A DNA stretch of 39,711 bases from Candidatus Woesearchaeota archaeon (GCA_964354995.1 CAYHBQ010000002.1:1-39711), one strand, 5' to 3'. Counted from the first letter of the stretch, positions 33,701 to 39,711 are shown. Numbers and translations are program-made. Notes: generated by a model from the letters alone, not told the origin.

Positions 33701-34193
33701 CGCTTCCTACGGGACGGATTTCACAAAACGTGGAGACCCCTTCCAAATACATATTCCTACTGAATATGTGGGACCACAAAATAATATCACGTTAGTTACC
33801 GGACTTTCGCCAACTAACACAAGTGAAGGCTCTCCCCACAACAAACTTGTATACACCTTGCTCAAGAACGCATCCGGATATTCGCCCATCGTTTCAGTTT
33901 CCGAGGGGTGCACCTGGACAATTGATTTTGACAGCGGAGCCAATCTTACAACACGCATTCCAGGAAACTATTCTGAAAGCAGCGTGTGCACATACCAAGC
34001 AACGGGTATTTCTTATAACAACAATGATGCAGCACAAGAAGCAGTTTATCGTTTATTCGATAGTCTTGACCTTAACAAAGATAATAGAGTGGATGTAGAA
34101 TTCACTGAAGACGATCTTGAAATAACCCTCACCGAAGTAACGGGAATCCCATTCACATGGTCGACGGAGGTGCAAGTACGCGCATGGCGCTAA
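30786..34193 (+). CDS. Giant TadG-like pilus-associated protein: class III signal, vWA domain interrupted by a six-repeat propeller-like module
   Basis: MELNKKRG|VFFSLDAIIALGIILLTILLAYPF. MIDAS DVSGSM (31902-31919), IIAMTDG (about 32250-32270), closing ATIYSVGFG...ELREFYESIA (about 33285-33430). Six repeats of (F/V)A(V/A)G..G.i..w.(g)..W(S/T) lie between about 32400 and 33140. 36 N-x-S/T sequons by hand count. Confidence 0.8.
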   Translation: MELNKKRGVFFSLDAIIALGIILLTILLAYPFLNEPKPETELQSDIIQSLSSLKIYELDSAYAQGLIADGSLIETNKSVLEALGELYVKNVTQAKLLAEEVLNELETKENIGLWYGNTLLASKNSSAYENAQKVETARQIISGIQEGESVTGFSARAFLQSKRQTKYAYIGGYVGEGNLTIPLEFNGVALGATLEATTSTNFDVYINDNFVGSYQKSPSQTEPQNYTLGVTFFQNGTNNITLRAANLSVAGGFVKLVYLSSVQYKQPVRYHFPGIEGVVNLYDGFYVPGTLTELAISLHYDSAYTSFLTIGNTTVLSNTTTGETTVILTNSELNALLDYDSLSNRSIPIRFGLENLSLIGEGIKDIDVVLITDVSGSMAWRMDNDNNGITRSCTDPLINDPSTRRISLAKCLDRDFVATILNSSVGSRVALVSFSDDANNYVSLTHNQTLLNNTIFSYSTGGATCLSCAINRAYQILEAEGAANRTKFIIAMTDGVTNRRSTESCNDLYGSSGPTNAYIQGSGLNGLLLKRNETTKIWAALPPPASNTLNDIDLLNETLGFAAGANGKILKWNGNVWSNETSPITSTLYRVDVYNGTYALAVGASGRVVRWNGASWSTLATISNAPTIYGINMYNHTLIFASGARSGSGRIFRSSNGGQSWSEIESSTTEYRAVKIINATRAFAVGSGGRIMQWSSGSTWSQVSSGTSENLYGIDSYNRTRVFAVGGNNGKSVAVSYNGASWSSSLNTGGDSLRDVAVLDNAVRAVGEGSTIYERNATAWTKIYTVPPAYGGISTSGVSCTADSDSCTEINSFPGLNANYSSCRARELINATIYSVGFGPIATCGFANQLLQSIALCGNGTFYASSDAEELREFYESIAQDLIRLSYSEQTAKTEGNISARLYPDSYLEFNYTETPTPYGLLLSYEKLFDNSTSATLSLPGNVTVLDLKALSYSGARWTSQLAINQQIVYSLASYGTDFTKRGDPFQIHIPTEYVGPQNNITLVTGLSPTNTSEGSPHNKLVYTLLKNASGYSPIVSVSEGCTWTIDFDSGANLTTRIPGNYSESSVCTYQATGISYNNNDAAQEAVYRLFDSLDLNKDNRVDVEFTEDDLEITLTEVTGIPFTWSTEVQVRAWR

Positions 34194-35113
34194 TACCTGA
34201 CAAGAGGGGATTCTTTTTTACAATACTTACGATAATAACGCTTTCCTTATTCCTTATAACCTATGGAATCTACAACGAATTTAAAGAACGTTCGTCAGAA
34301 CAGAAACGAGTAAAAACGCTTGATAGCTTCTTAAAAGCAACTGAAGCAGACCTCTCGCGTCAAGCATACATCATGGGTTTTAGGGCAATATTTATCATCG
34401 AAAGTGCAATAAGCGCATCGGGAAGTTATAGTTCAGATGTCAACGCACAGGTCAATGAGATAATACAAAATGGCACGTTGGGCGGAGTACCGCAACCACT
34501 CATGATTGGAGCAACGCTGCCCGAGATAAGTGCGTTCGCGAATGAAAAAGCATCCAAGCTCAACGCAGAACTAACACTCTCGCAACCGACAATACATGTT
34601 TTCCAACGCGACCCTTGGCAGGTAATTGTGCAAATAAATACGACCCTCGTTCTCAACGACAAAAACGATAAAGCTAATTGGACAATCAGCGAATCTATTG
34701 AAGCACCCCTAGAAATAGACAACTTCGAAGATCCACTTTATATTGTGAACACTAACGGTCTCGTAACCAACAAGATAACTCGAACACCCTATGAAGACTT
34801 CACACAGGGCACCGATGTAACCAATTTAATAGATCATGTAACAAACTCGTACTATACGGCAACGTCACTTGCGCCCAGTTTTATGCAAAGGCTTGAAGGA
34901 AACCTAACTCCAAGCGAAGAGGGCATAGAGTCGTTCGTGAACCTCCAAGAGCTCAGCAGTGTAGGTATGACGGTACAAGACAAAAGCGTCGTAGACCATG
35001 TATACTTTTCATCACAAAATCCTCTCGCTTATAGAATCCAAGGAATGCAGTCATGGTTCAAAATCGATGACGCTCATCTGCAAATTTATGGCGTCGAAGA
35101 GCTCATACTCTAA
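34184..35113 (+). CDS. Class III signal peptide (minor pilin-like) protein
   Basis: MALIPDKRG|FFFTILTIITLSLFLITYGIY. Start taken at ATG 34184, a 10-nt overlap with the preceding stop. Confidence 0.6.
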   Translation: MALIPDKRGFFFTILTIITLSLFLITYGIYNEFKERSSEQKRVKTLDSFLKATEADLSRQAYIMGFRAIFIIESAISASGSYSSDVNAQVNEIIQNGTLGGVPQPLMIGATLPEISAFANEKASKLNAELTLSQPTIHVFQRDPWQVIVQINTTLVLNDKNDKANWTISESIEAPLEIDNFEDPLYIVNTNGLVTNKITRTPYEDFTQGTDVTNLIDHVTNSYYTATSLAPSFMQRLEGNLTPSEEGIESFVNLQELSSVGMTVQDKSVVDHVYFSSQNPLAYRIQGMQSWFKIDDAHLQIYGVEELIL

Positions 35114-35170
35114 GACAAGAATGTTTATAAACTCCCTCGATATAACCTTCATATAATCAACAAAAACTAA

Positions 35171-35177
35171 AAGGAGG
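35171..35177 (+). promoter_or_regulatory. Strong Shine-Dalgarno (aaggagg) 8 nt upstream of the major-pilin ATG; TATA gtttataaac at 35123-35132
   Basis: Among the genes checked, this one has the clearest UTR-plus-SD arrangement, whereas most are leaderless. Confidence 0.55.
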
Positions 35178-35185
35178 TGGAAACG

Positions 35186-35641
35186 ATGCACAAAAAAGGA
35201 CAAGCGGCGATGGAATTCTTGATGACCTATGGATGGGCCATTCTTGCAGCCATAATTGCGATTGGTGTTCTTGCATATTTCGGCGTATTCAGCCCAGGGA
35301 AGTACACTACTGGATCAACGGTCGTTAATCCTCCCTTCTATGCAAATTCATGGAACGTTCAAGCAGATGTAGCAGGAAGTTCCGGAATTATTCTCGAGCT
35401 CCGTAACAACGGAGGCGAAGACTTTGAAGTTCAGAGCATAGATGTTACAAATTGCGGAATATTCGCAACGCCAACAACTGTCGCGACAGGAGCGCTTCAA
35501 GCGTTCACCATTGACTGTACTGCGGGAGCATTGACTGAAGGAGATAGCTTCAAAGGAGATATCACCATCACCTATCTAAAAACAGGTAGTTCGGTTGTAT
35601 TAACCTCGACAGGAACAATCGCGGAAAAAGTCACGGCATAA
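35186..35641 (+). CDS. Candidate major pilin (class III signal, Gln+1/Glu+5, DUF361/EppA-substrate-like)
   Basis: MHKKG|QAAMEFLMTYGWAILAAIIAIGVLAYFG. Small (151 aa), with its own TATA, a strong SD and a T-rich terminator. The ORF-track start at 35177 is the GTG inside the SD. Confidence 0.8.
   Translation: MHKKGQAAMEFLMTYGWAILAAIIAIGVLAYFGVFSPGKYTTGSTVVNPPFYANSWNVQADVAGSSGIILELRNNGGEDFEVQSIDVTNCGIFATPTTVATGALQAFTIDCTAGALTEGDSFKGDITITYLKTGSSVVLTSTGTIAEKVTA
35195..35229. repeat. 35-nt exact repeat, copy 1 (prepilin signal-coding segment)
   Basis: aaaggacaagcggcgatggaattcttgatgaccta is identical at 35195-35229 and 36202-36236. Confidence 0.9.
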
Positions 35642-35646
35642 AGCCA

Positions 35647-35676
35647 TTTTTATTTTTTATTTTATCTTTTTCTTTT
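35647..35676 (+). terminator. T-rich archaeal-type terminator after the major pilin gene
   Basis: tttttattttttattttatctttttctttt starts 6 nt after the stop codon. Confidence 0.6.
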
Positions 35677-35719
35677 GAGTACCCCGAGAGGGCGTGGTTT
35701 GAACTAAATTCTTGACGTC

Positions 35720-35743
35720 AAAGATTTTCGGTAGAAAATCTTT
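35720..35743. promoter_or_regulatory. Perfect 10-bp inverted repeat overlapping the tRNA-Ile TATA box
   Basis: aaagattttc-ggta-gaaaatcttt (35720-35743). Its 3' arm overlaps the TATA tttataaag (35741-35749), about 27 nt upstream of tRNA-Ile. It is preceded by the palindrome ttgacgtcaa (35712-35721). Confidence 0.4.
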
Positions 35744-35771
35744 ATAAAGACCCCAGAAGTCCCCTCTACAA

Positions 35772-35933
35772 GATCGCGTAGCTCAGCCTGGTTAGAGCAC
35801 CGCTCTGATACCGTAGCTTCGAAAGAAGCGAGGCGCCACGGACCAAAGTCTGTGTCGACGGGAACTTCAGCAAAAGTTTCCGCACAAAACGTCAGTGAGG
35901 CGGGGGTCCCATGTTCAAATCATGGCGCGATCA
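35772..35933 (+). tRNA. tRNA-Ile (anticodon GAU) with an 87-nt intron at 37/38 (intron 35811..35897)
   Basis: Hand fold: acceptor GATCGCG/CGCGATC, D arm GCTC/GAGC, anticodon stem CCGCT/GGCGG (one U-G pair), loop CTGATA|intron|A, T arm CCATG-TTCAAAT-CATGG, discriminator A. The intron contains a GCTTC-GAAA-GAAGC hairpin. Confidence 0.8.
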
Positions 35934-35985
35934 TCCTACTAAAACCAAAGATTATAAAGGGCTCTGACTAAGAACGTGGAAGAGC

Positions 35986-37098
35986 ATGAAATTAAGAGGG
36001 GAAGTTATCTATAGACGCATACACCTCCTCCTAGGAGTGATATTTTTAGGAGCCTCTCTGGTATTTTTAACGCACTCATTACCTTCCATAACCGGATTCA
36101 GCGTCATAGAAAATATAGGGATCCAAAAAAACTCGCTTGTGGGAAGCGTGTGTCTACTGAACGCAGCGCTTATGTTCCGTCTCGCTACCCGAAACGCAAG
36201 CAAAGGACAAGCGGCGATGGAATTCTTGATGACCTACGGTTGGACTATTCTTGCAGTAATCATTGTCATGGGTGTAGTAGGATATTACTCCTTCTTTAAT
36301 ACGGATAGGTTGCTTCCTGACAGTACGCTCCTAGGCCCCCCCTTCTACGGAGTTGCAGGGAGTGCAGACGAAGATAGCGTTAATTTTGGCATTCGCAACA
36401 ACGGCGACCAAAGTTACACAGTCACTGGAGTCACGGTGCCTGGATGTGGCACTTATACCGATTCATTCACCGTCGCGAGAGGCGCAACTGTCGATCTTTC
36501 AGTGCAATGCGATGAAAATCTCAATCCCGACGATAGATTTGATGGCGACGTAACAATAAACTATCGCTCATCAGGAAGTACCGTAGACAAAACGGCCTCG
36601 GGATCAATTGGTACCCGCGTACAATCAGGAACAGGAACACAATTCTCTCCCCCTCTAGATTCAGGAGATGGCGGTCAACAAAACCCTGATCAAGACGGAG
36701 ACGGAATAACCGATGCATTAGACAACTGCCCTGCAATAGCAAACCCTGCCCAGACCGATAGCGATGGAGATGGAACAGGAGATGCCTGCGATGCTCAAAC
36801 GTGTGGCAATAATATACAAGAAGGGACAGAGATTTGTGATGGTACGGACATAAATGGAGAGTCCTGCACAGGATCCGGAGTCTGCCCTATAACGCTCGCC
36901 TGTCCTTATGAGGGAGGAACACTCGCGTGTGCACTAGACTGTACACAATATAATACAAATCAATGCACGCCCACGCAGTGCAGCGATGGATTAGACAACG
37001 ACTTAGATGGAAAGATAGACTACGGACAAGACACTGAATGCGACAATCAATCAGATGATCAAGAACTAAAAGCGATTGGACCAGGTGGCGCCGTATAA
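35986..37098 (+). CDS. Pilin paralogue with N-terminal 2-TM pro-region, internal class III site and C-terminal TSP3 / Cys-rich modules
   Basis: Residues 73-: KG|QAAMEFLMTYGWTILAVIIVMGVVGYY, and the pilin body is homologous to 35186..35641 (PPFY, RNNG, F.GD(I/V)TI.Y..GS). C-terminus: DQDGDGITDALDNCPAIANPAQTDSDGDGTGDACD (TSP type-3 repeats, about 36685-36795), CGNNIQEGTEICDG and CSDGLDNDLDGKIDYGQDTECD. TATA at 35950-35959 lies about 30 nt upstream of ATG 35986. An alternative ATG at 36172 has no A/T box. Confidence 0.75.
   Translation: MKLRGEVIYRRIHLLLGVIFLGASLVFLTHSLPSITGFSVIENIGIQKNSLVGSVCLLNAALMFRLATRNASKGQAAMEFLMTYGWTILAVIIVMGVVGYYSFFNTDRLLPDSTLLGPPFYGVAGSADEDSVNFGIRNNGDQSYTVTGVTVPGCGTYTDSFTVARGATVDLSVQCDENLNPDDRFDGDVTINYRSSGSTVDKTASGSIGTRVQSGTGTQFSPPLDSGDGGQQNPDQDGDGITDALDNCPAIANPAQTDSDGDGTGDACDAQTCGNNIQEGTEICDGTDINGESCTGSGVCPITLACPYEGGTLACALDCTQYNTNQCTPTQCSDGLDNDLDGKIDYGQDTECDNQSDDQELKAIGPGGAV
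36202..36236. repeat. 35-nt exact repeat, copy 2 (prepilin signal-coding segment)
   Basis: Identical to 35195-35229. Confidence 0.9.
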
Positions 37099-37110
37099 GA
37101 AGACTATTAG

Positions 37111-37725
37111 TTACGCACCAAACTCAAGAGTTAAACCTTTCTCGTGAAGACTGTATCGCTTCAGAGGTAAGTCGACTTGTAAACTGTTAACGTAGACTTT
37201 ATTTTTGCCAATCGCTTTTATTTCATATCCCGATTCAACTTTAGAAACGAATACATCGTCAATCGACCCAATACCTGGCGCACGTAAGTCATAAACGACG
37301 CCATCGCTCAATCGACGAATATCGCTTTTGGCCTCAATACGAGGAACACCCGCCATGCGTTTCATCTGTTCGTCAGTTAATTTGCGCGAACGAGTACGCG
37401 GTTGCTTGGGCGCAGACGCACCAATACTAACCTGTATTCCGTTAGGAAGAGGAGTCATATCTGCGTGAGGCGTGCCCTTCATCTGAGATTCAAGAGACTT
37501 CATAATCTGATTAAAGAGAGAAGCAATAATTTTATCGCTAAATCCAAACCCTGCTCCTCCTCCGCCAATAAGGGGTGTCTGAGAGAATTCATTCTTCCCT
37601 AGAAGTCCAAACTCGTCCAAATCTTTCTCGGGGTTACGTACATCGCATCCACAATGCGGACAAAAATCAAAGTCTGCTTTTATCGTGCTATGGCATTTGG
37701 GACAATCTTGCTTCTTACCAAACAT
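37111..37725 (-). CDS. Zn-ribbon protein with C-terminal alpha-crystallin/Hsp20-like domain
   Basis: MFGKKQDCPKCHS...FCPHCG (CxxC...CxxC), a Gly-rich linker, then EAKSDIRRLSDGVVYDLRAPGIGSIDDVFVSKVESGYEIKAIG...VDLPLKRYSLHEKGLTLEF (ACD-like strand pattern). The ORF-track TTG at 37731 is replaced by ATG 37725, about 26 nt downstream of the A/T box. Confidence 0.55.
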   Translation of the reverse strand: MFGKKQDCPKCHSTIKADFDFCPHCGCDVRNPEKDLDEFGLLGKNEFSQTPLIGGGGAGFGFSDKIIASLFNQIMKSLESQMKGTPHADMTPLPNGIQVSIGASAPKQPRTRSRKLTDEQMKRMAGVPRIEAKSDIRRLSDGVVYDLRAPGIGSIDDVFVSKVESGYEIKAIGKNKVYVNSLQVDLPLKRYSLHEKGLTLEFGA

Positions 37726-37774
37726 AATCAAGGCTAGAAAAACGAACTTATAAACGTTATGTAATCAAAAACAC

Positions 37775-39160
37775 CTATCGTTCATGAACAAATTTCTTAA
37801 ACCACACAACGTCGGAATGCAGCGTCTTAAAGGGATGAAATATATCCCAATGGAGCCCTCGCAGAGACGCGGTCGGCCGCACTTCTTCCAACTGAGGAAC
37901 AAATGAAAAGGCAACAACAAATCTCAAAATCGCAGCAATAAGAAACACAAACAGCGTGGTGTTCATAAACGTCACGTCGAGGTATTGAATCATAAGCCCT
38001 CCGAGAATAGAGCCAAAAAAGATGCCGACTCCACTCAAAATGTTGGAATACGTGAAACACAATCCTCGCTTTTCAGGCTTAACAGAATCGTACATATAGT
38101 TCGTGGCTCCGATAGAAAATGCCGCATTACCAAGGCCTGCCGTAAACCCAGGCAACAAAAAGAGCAAAAACGGATCTTTCAAGAAAATCCAAAGTACAGG
38201 CGTTACAGGGAAAGACCATGCCGCAACATAAAGTAATTTCAAATTTCCGTATCTATCTGAGAATTTTCCTGCGAGAGGCGTCAACAACAAATAGAAGATA
38301 GTTGAACTCAAGCTTACCGCCGTAAAAGTAAACAAGTTGAAATGCAGGTCATTGAGCATATACACTGCAAAAAACGGTGAAGCAACCATCACCGCAAAAT
38401 TAAACAACGCCTGAAAAACAGCAAACTTTCCAAAATTATCGTAGCGTTTCAAGAACGCCAAAAAGGTAAAGTGAGAAGATTTATGCAAAACAAAATGTGG
38501 GCAAAATACCCGTTTCACTTGATAAAGAGAGACTATGCGCAAAAGAATGGAAAAGAGAAATACGCTTGCATAGATCGCAAGCACAAACAGTTTATCCTCA
38601 AACCAGTGAAGAATAAGCCCTCCAACAAGGAATATAAAAACACCCCACCAACCAATAATTCTATTACGACGCGCAAAATAATGTCCACGTTGCTGTTCAG
38701 GAACAAGATCGCCTATCCATGAAAAAGACGGAGGATCTTTAACCGCCGAAAGAAAGATGAAGAGCGAATATAAAACAACAAGCAGAGCAGGAAGGTAGGG
38801 AACCACAAGGTTTTTCGTATAAAGAAACGCAAGCAACACAATAGGTATCCAAACAAACGCAAGCCACCAGGTATACAAGACATGGATGTGTTTACGTGAT
38901 TTGCGCTTTTCCATCAATCGAGCACCCCACAAATTTCCGAGTGGTGCGACAAGACCTGAAAAGGCGCTCAAGAATCCAATGTGAGCTGCGTTCGCACCGA
39001 TTGCCTTAGCAAACGGCACAATAAACGACGAAGAAAGAGAAGTAGACGCTTCAGAAACAGCCCCTTGAGAGATGAGCCTATCCCTTCCTTGTTCTTTCAA
39101 ATGAGCAACACGCGGAGAATCAGACGCATCTTCCTTAATGAGCACACTCTTTTTCACCAT
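37775..39160 (-). CDS. Major facilitator superfamily (MFS) transporter
   Basis: 461 aa, about 12 hydrophobic helices in 6+6 layout with a central basic loop, and loop motifs such as GARLMEKRKSRK between early helices. Confidence 0.7.
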   Translation of the reverse strand: MVKKSVLIKEDASDSPRVAHLKEQGRDRLISQGAVSEASTSLSSSFIVPFAKAIGANAAHIGFLSAFSGLVAPLGNLWGARLMEKRKSRKHIHVLYTWWLAFVWIPIVLLAFLYTKNLVVPYLPALLVVLYSLFIFLSAVKDPPSFSWIGDLVPEQQRGHYFARRNRIIGWWGVFIFLVGGLILHWFEDKLFVLAIYASVFLFSILLRIVSLYQVKRVFCPHFVLHKSSHFTFLAFLKRYDNFGKFAVFQALFNFAVMVASPFFAVYMLNDLHFNLFTFTAVSLSSTIFYLLLTPLAGKFSDRYGNLKLLYVAAWSFPVTPVLWIFLKDPFLLFLLPGFTAGLGNAAFSIGATNYMYDSVKPEKRGLCFTYSNILSGVGIFFGSILGGLMIQYLDVTFMNTTLFVFLIAAILRFVVAFSFVPQLEEVRPTASLRGLHWDIFHPFKTLHSDVVWFKKFVHER

Positions 39161-39194
39161 CTTTCTTTAAAGAAAAAACGATTAATAAAACTAA

Positions 39195-39268
39195 TGGGGC
39201 CGCCCGGATTCGCACCGGGGTCGCGAACCCCCGAAGCTCGAAGGCTAACTAAACTACCCCACGGCCCC
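39195..39268 (-). tRNA. tRNA-Pro (anticodon CGG), no intron
   Basis: Hand fold of the reverse complement: acceptor GGGGCCG/CGGCCCC, D arm GGGT/GCCT, anticodon stem CGAGC/GTTCG, loop TTCGGGG, T arm CCCGG-TGCGAAT-CCGGG, discriminator A. A/T box gtttataat lies about 25 nt upstream. Confidence 0.85.
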
Positions 39269-39377
39269 ATACACAACGTACCTTAAAGCGCATTATAAAC
39301 CTAACGCAGTTCGGTACCCTTTAAACGTCCATGATAGAAGAAGCATTTTTAAAGAGCCCTTGTCTAAGGGAAGAGAG

Positions 39378-39572
39378 ATGATTTTGCAATTCCTCGTCCT
39401 ATTATTTGGAGTATTGCTTGTTGTGGAGGGCAGTTGGATTCTAATCAACCCTATGAAGGCCAAACAAATAACCGTACGATTGCTTAAACATCCCAACACG
39501 CTTCGTACGCTCGGTCTCATTGAATTAATCGGAGGTTTGCTCATAGCCACCTACGCATTCCGAGGACAATGA
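39378..39572 (+). CDS. Small 2-TM membrane protein (64 aa)
   Basis: The ORF-track start at 39360 is TTG. ATG 39378 lies about 29 nt downstream of the A/T box atttttaaag (39344-39353). MILQFLVLLFGVLLVVEGSWILINP...LGLIELIGGLLIATYAF. Confidence 0.45.
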   Translation: MILQFLVLLFGVLLVVEGSWILINPMKAKQITVRLLKHPNTLRTLGLIELIGGLLIATYAFRGQ

Positions 39573-39711
39573 CCCTCGTTCAAACAATTTTCATAGTTAT
39601 TGCATCACTCATGCTCGTAAAGGGGGTAATAATCTGTCTTATCCCTCGTCAGATGATAGCCCTTACAAAACCCTTTGTGAAAAACGAAAAAGCCATGCGC
39701 AGAGGCGGACT
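39569..39711 (+). CDS. Small membrane protein, tandem paralogue of 39378..39572 (3' end outside the window)
   Basis: ATGA overlap with the preceding stop. MTLVQTIFIVIASLMLVKGVIICLIPRQMIALTKPFVKNEKAMR parallels ILQFLVLLFGVLLVVEGSWILINPMKAKQITVRLLKHPNTLR. Confidence 0.4.
   Translation, partial: MTLVQTIFIVIASLMLVKGVIICLIPRQMIALTKPFVKNEKAMRRGG

Noticed and set aside
36172-37098. Shorter version of the pilin-TSP3 gene starting at the internal ATG 36172
   Set aside because: It is not excluded, but it is disfavoured. No A/T box precedes 36172, whereas ATG 35986 lies about 30 nt downstream of TATA 35950-35959. It is kept as an alternative in the corresponding finding.
1-39711. CRISPR arrays, rRNA genes, IS elements/transposases, toxin-antitoxin pairs
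   Set aside because: I saw no regularly spaced direct repeats, rRNA-like sequence, or transposase/integrase-like ORFs. The AbrB-like protein at 15042..15389 has no adjacent toxin-like partner.

Overview
This window is an archaeal chromosomal segment. Evidence includes FEN1, a family-B DNA polymerase, TFS, ribosomal protein L15e, Cdc48/VAT, type-2 MetAP and Trm5. It also has two tRNAs with canonical 37/38 introns, and A/T-rich TATA boxes centred about 25 nt upstream of mostly leaderless start codons. Genes are tightly packed, with many 1-4 nt start/stop overlaps, and housekeeping genes are interspersed with membrane and surface ORFans. This suggests a small DPANN-like genome (inference only). 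I support about 50 CDS, 3 tRNAs (Lys-CUU with a 60-nt intron, Ile-GAU with an 87-nt intron, Pro-CGG), several promoter and terminator elements and two sets of exact internal repeats. I saw no CRISPR array, rRNA, transposase or integrase. The most conspicuous system is a 12.7-kb Epd/Tad-like type IV pilus locus (24438-37098). It encodes six proteins with class III (prepilin) signal peptides, a FlaI/TadA-type ATPase with a His-rich N-terminal tail, and a platform protein split into two TadB/TadC-like genes. It also encodes a FlaH/KaiC-like ATPase, a membrane-tethered winged-helix protein and a 1135-aa TadG-like protein whose vWA domain is interrupted by a six-bladed propeller-like repeat module. 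A pilin paralogue carries thrombospondin-type-3 and Cys-rich modules behind an unusual 2-TM pro-region. No prepilin peptidase is in the window. Secondary candidates are: two stand-alone C39-like cysteine peptidases bracketing a small gene island, one translationally coupled to polB and the other abutting tRNA-Lys; a cdc48 gene flanked by two overlapping small genes (Zn-ribbon/AbrB-like and DUF3467-like); and a same-strand cluster of four ORFan membrane proteins, two of which share a motif. All functional calls are by-eye motif recognition and no database search was run.
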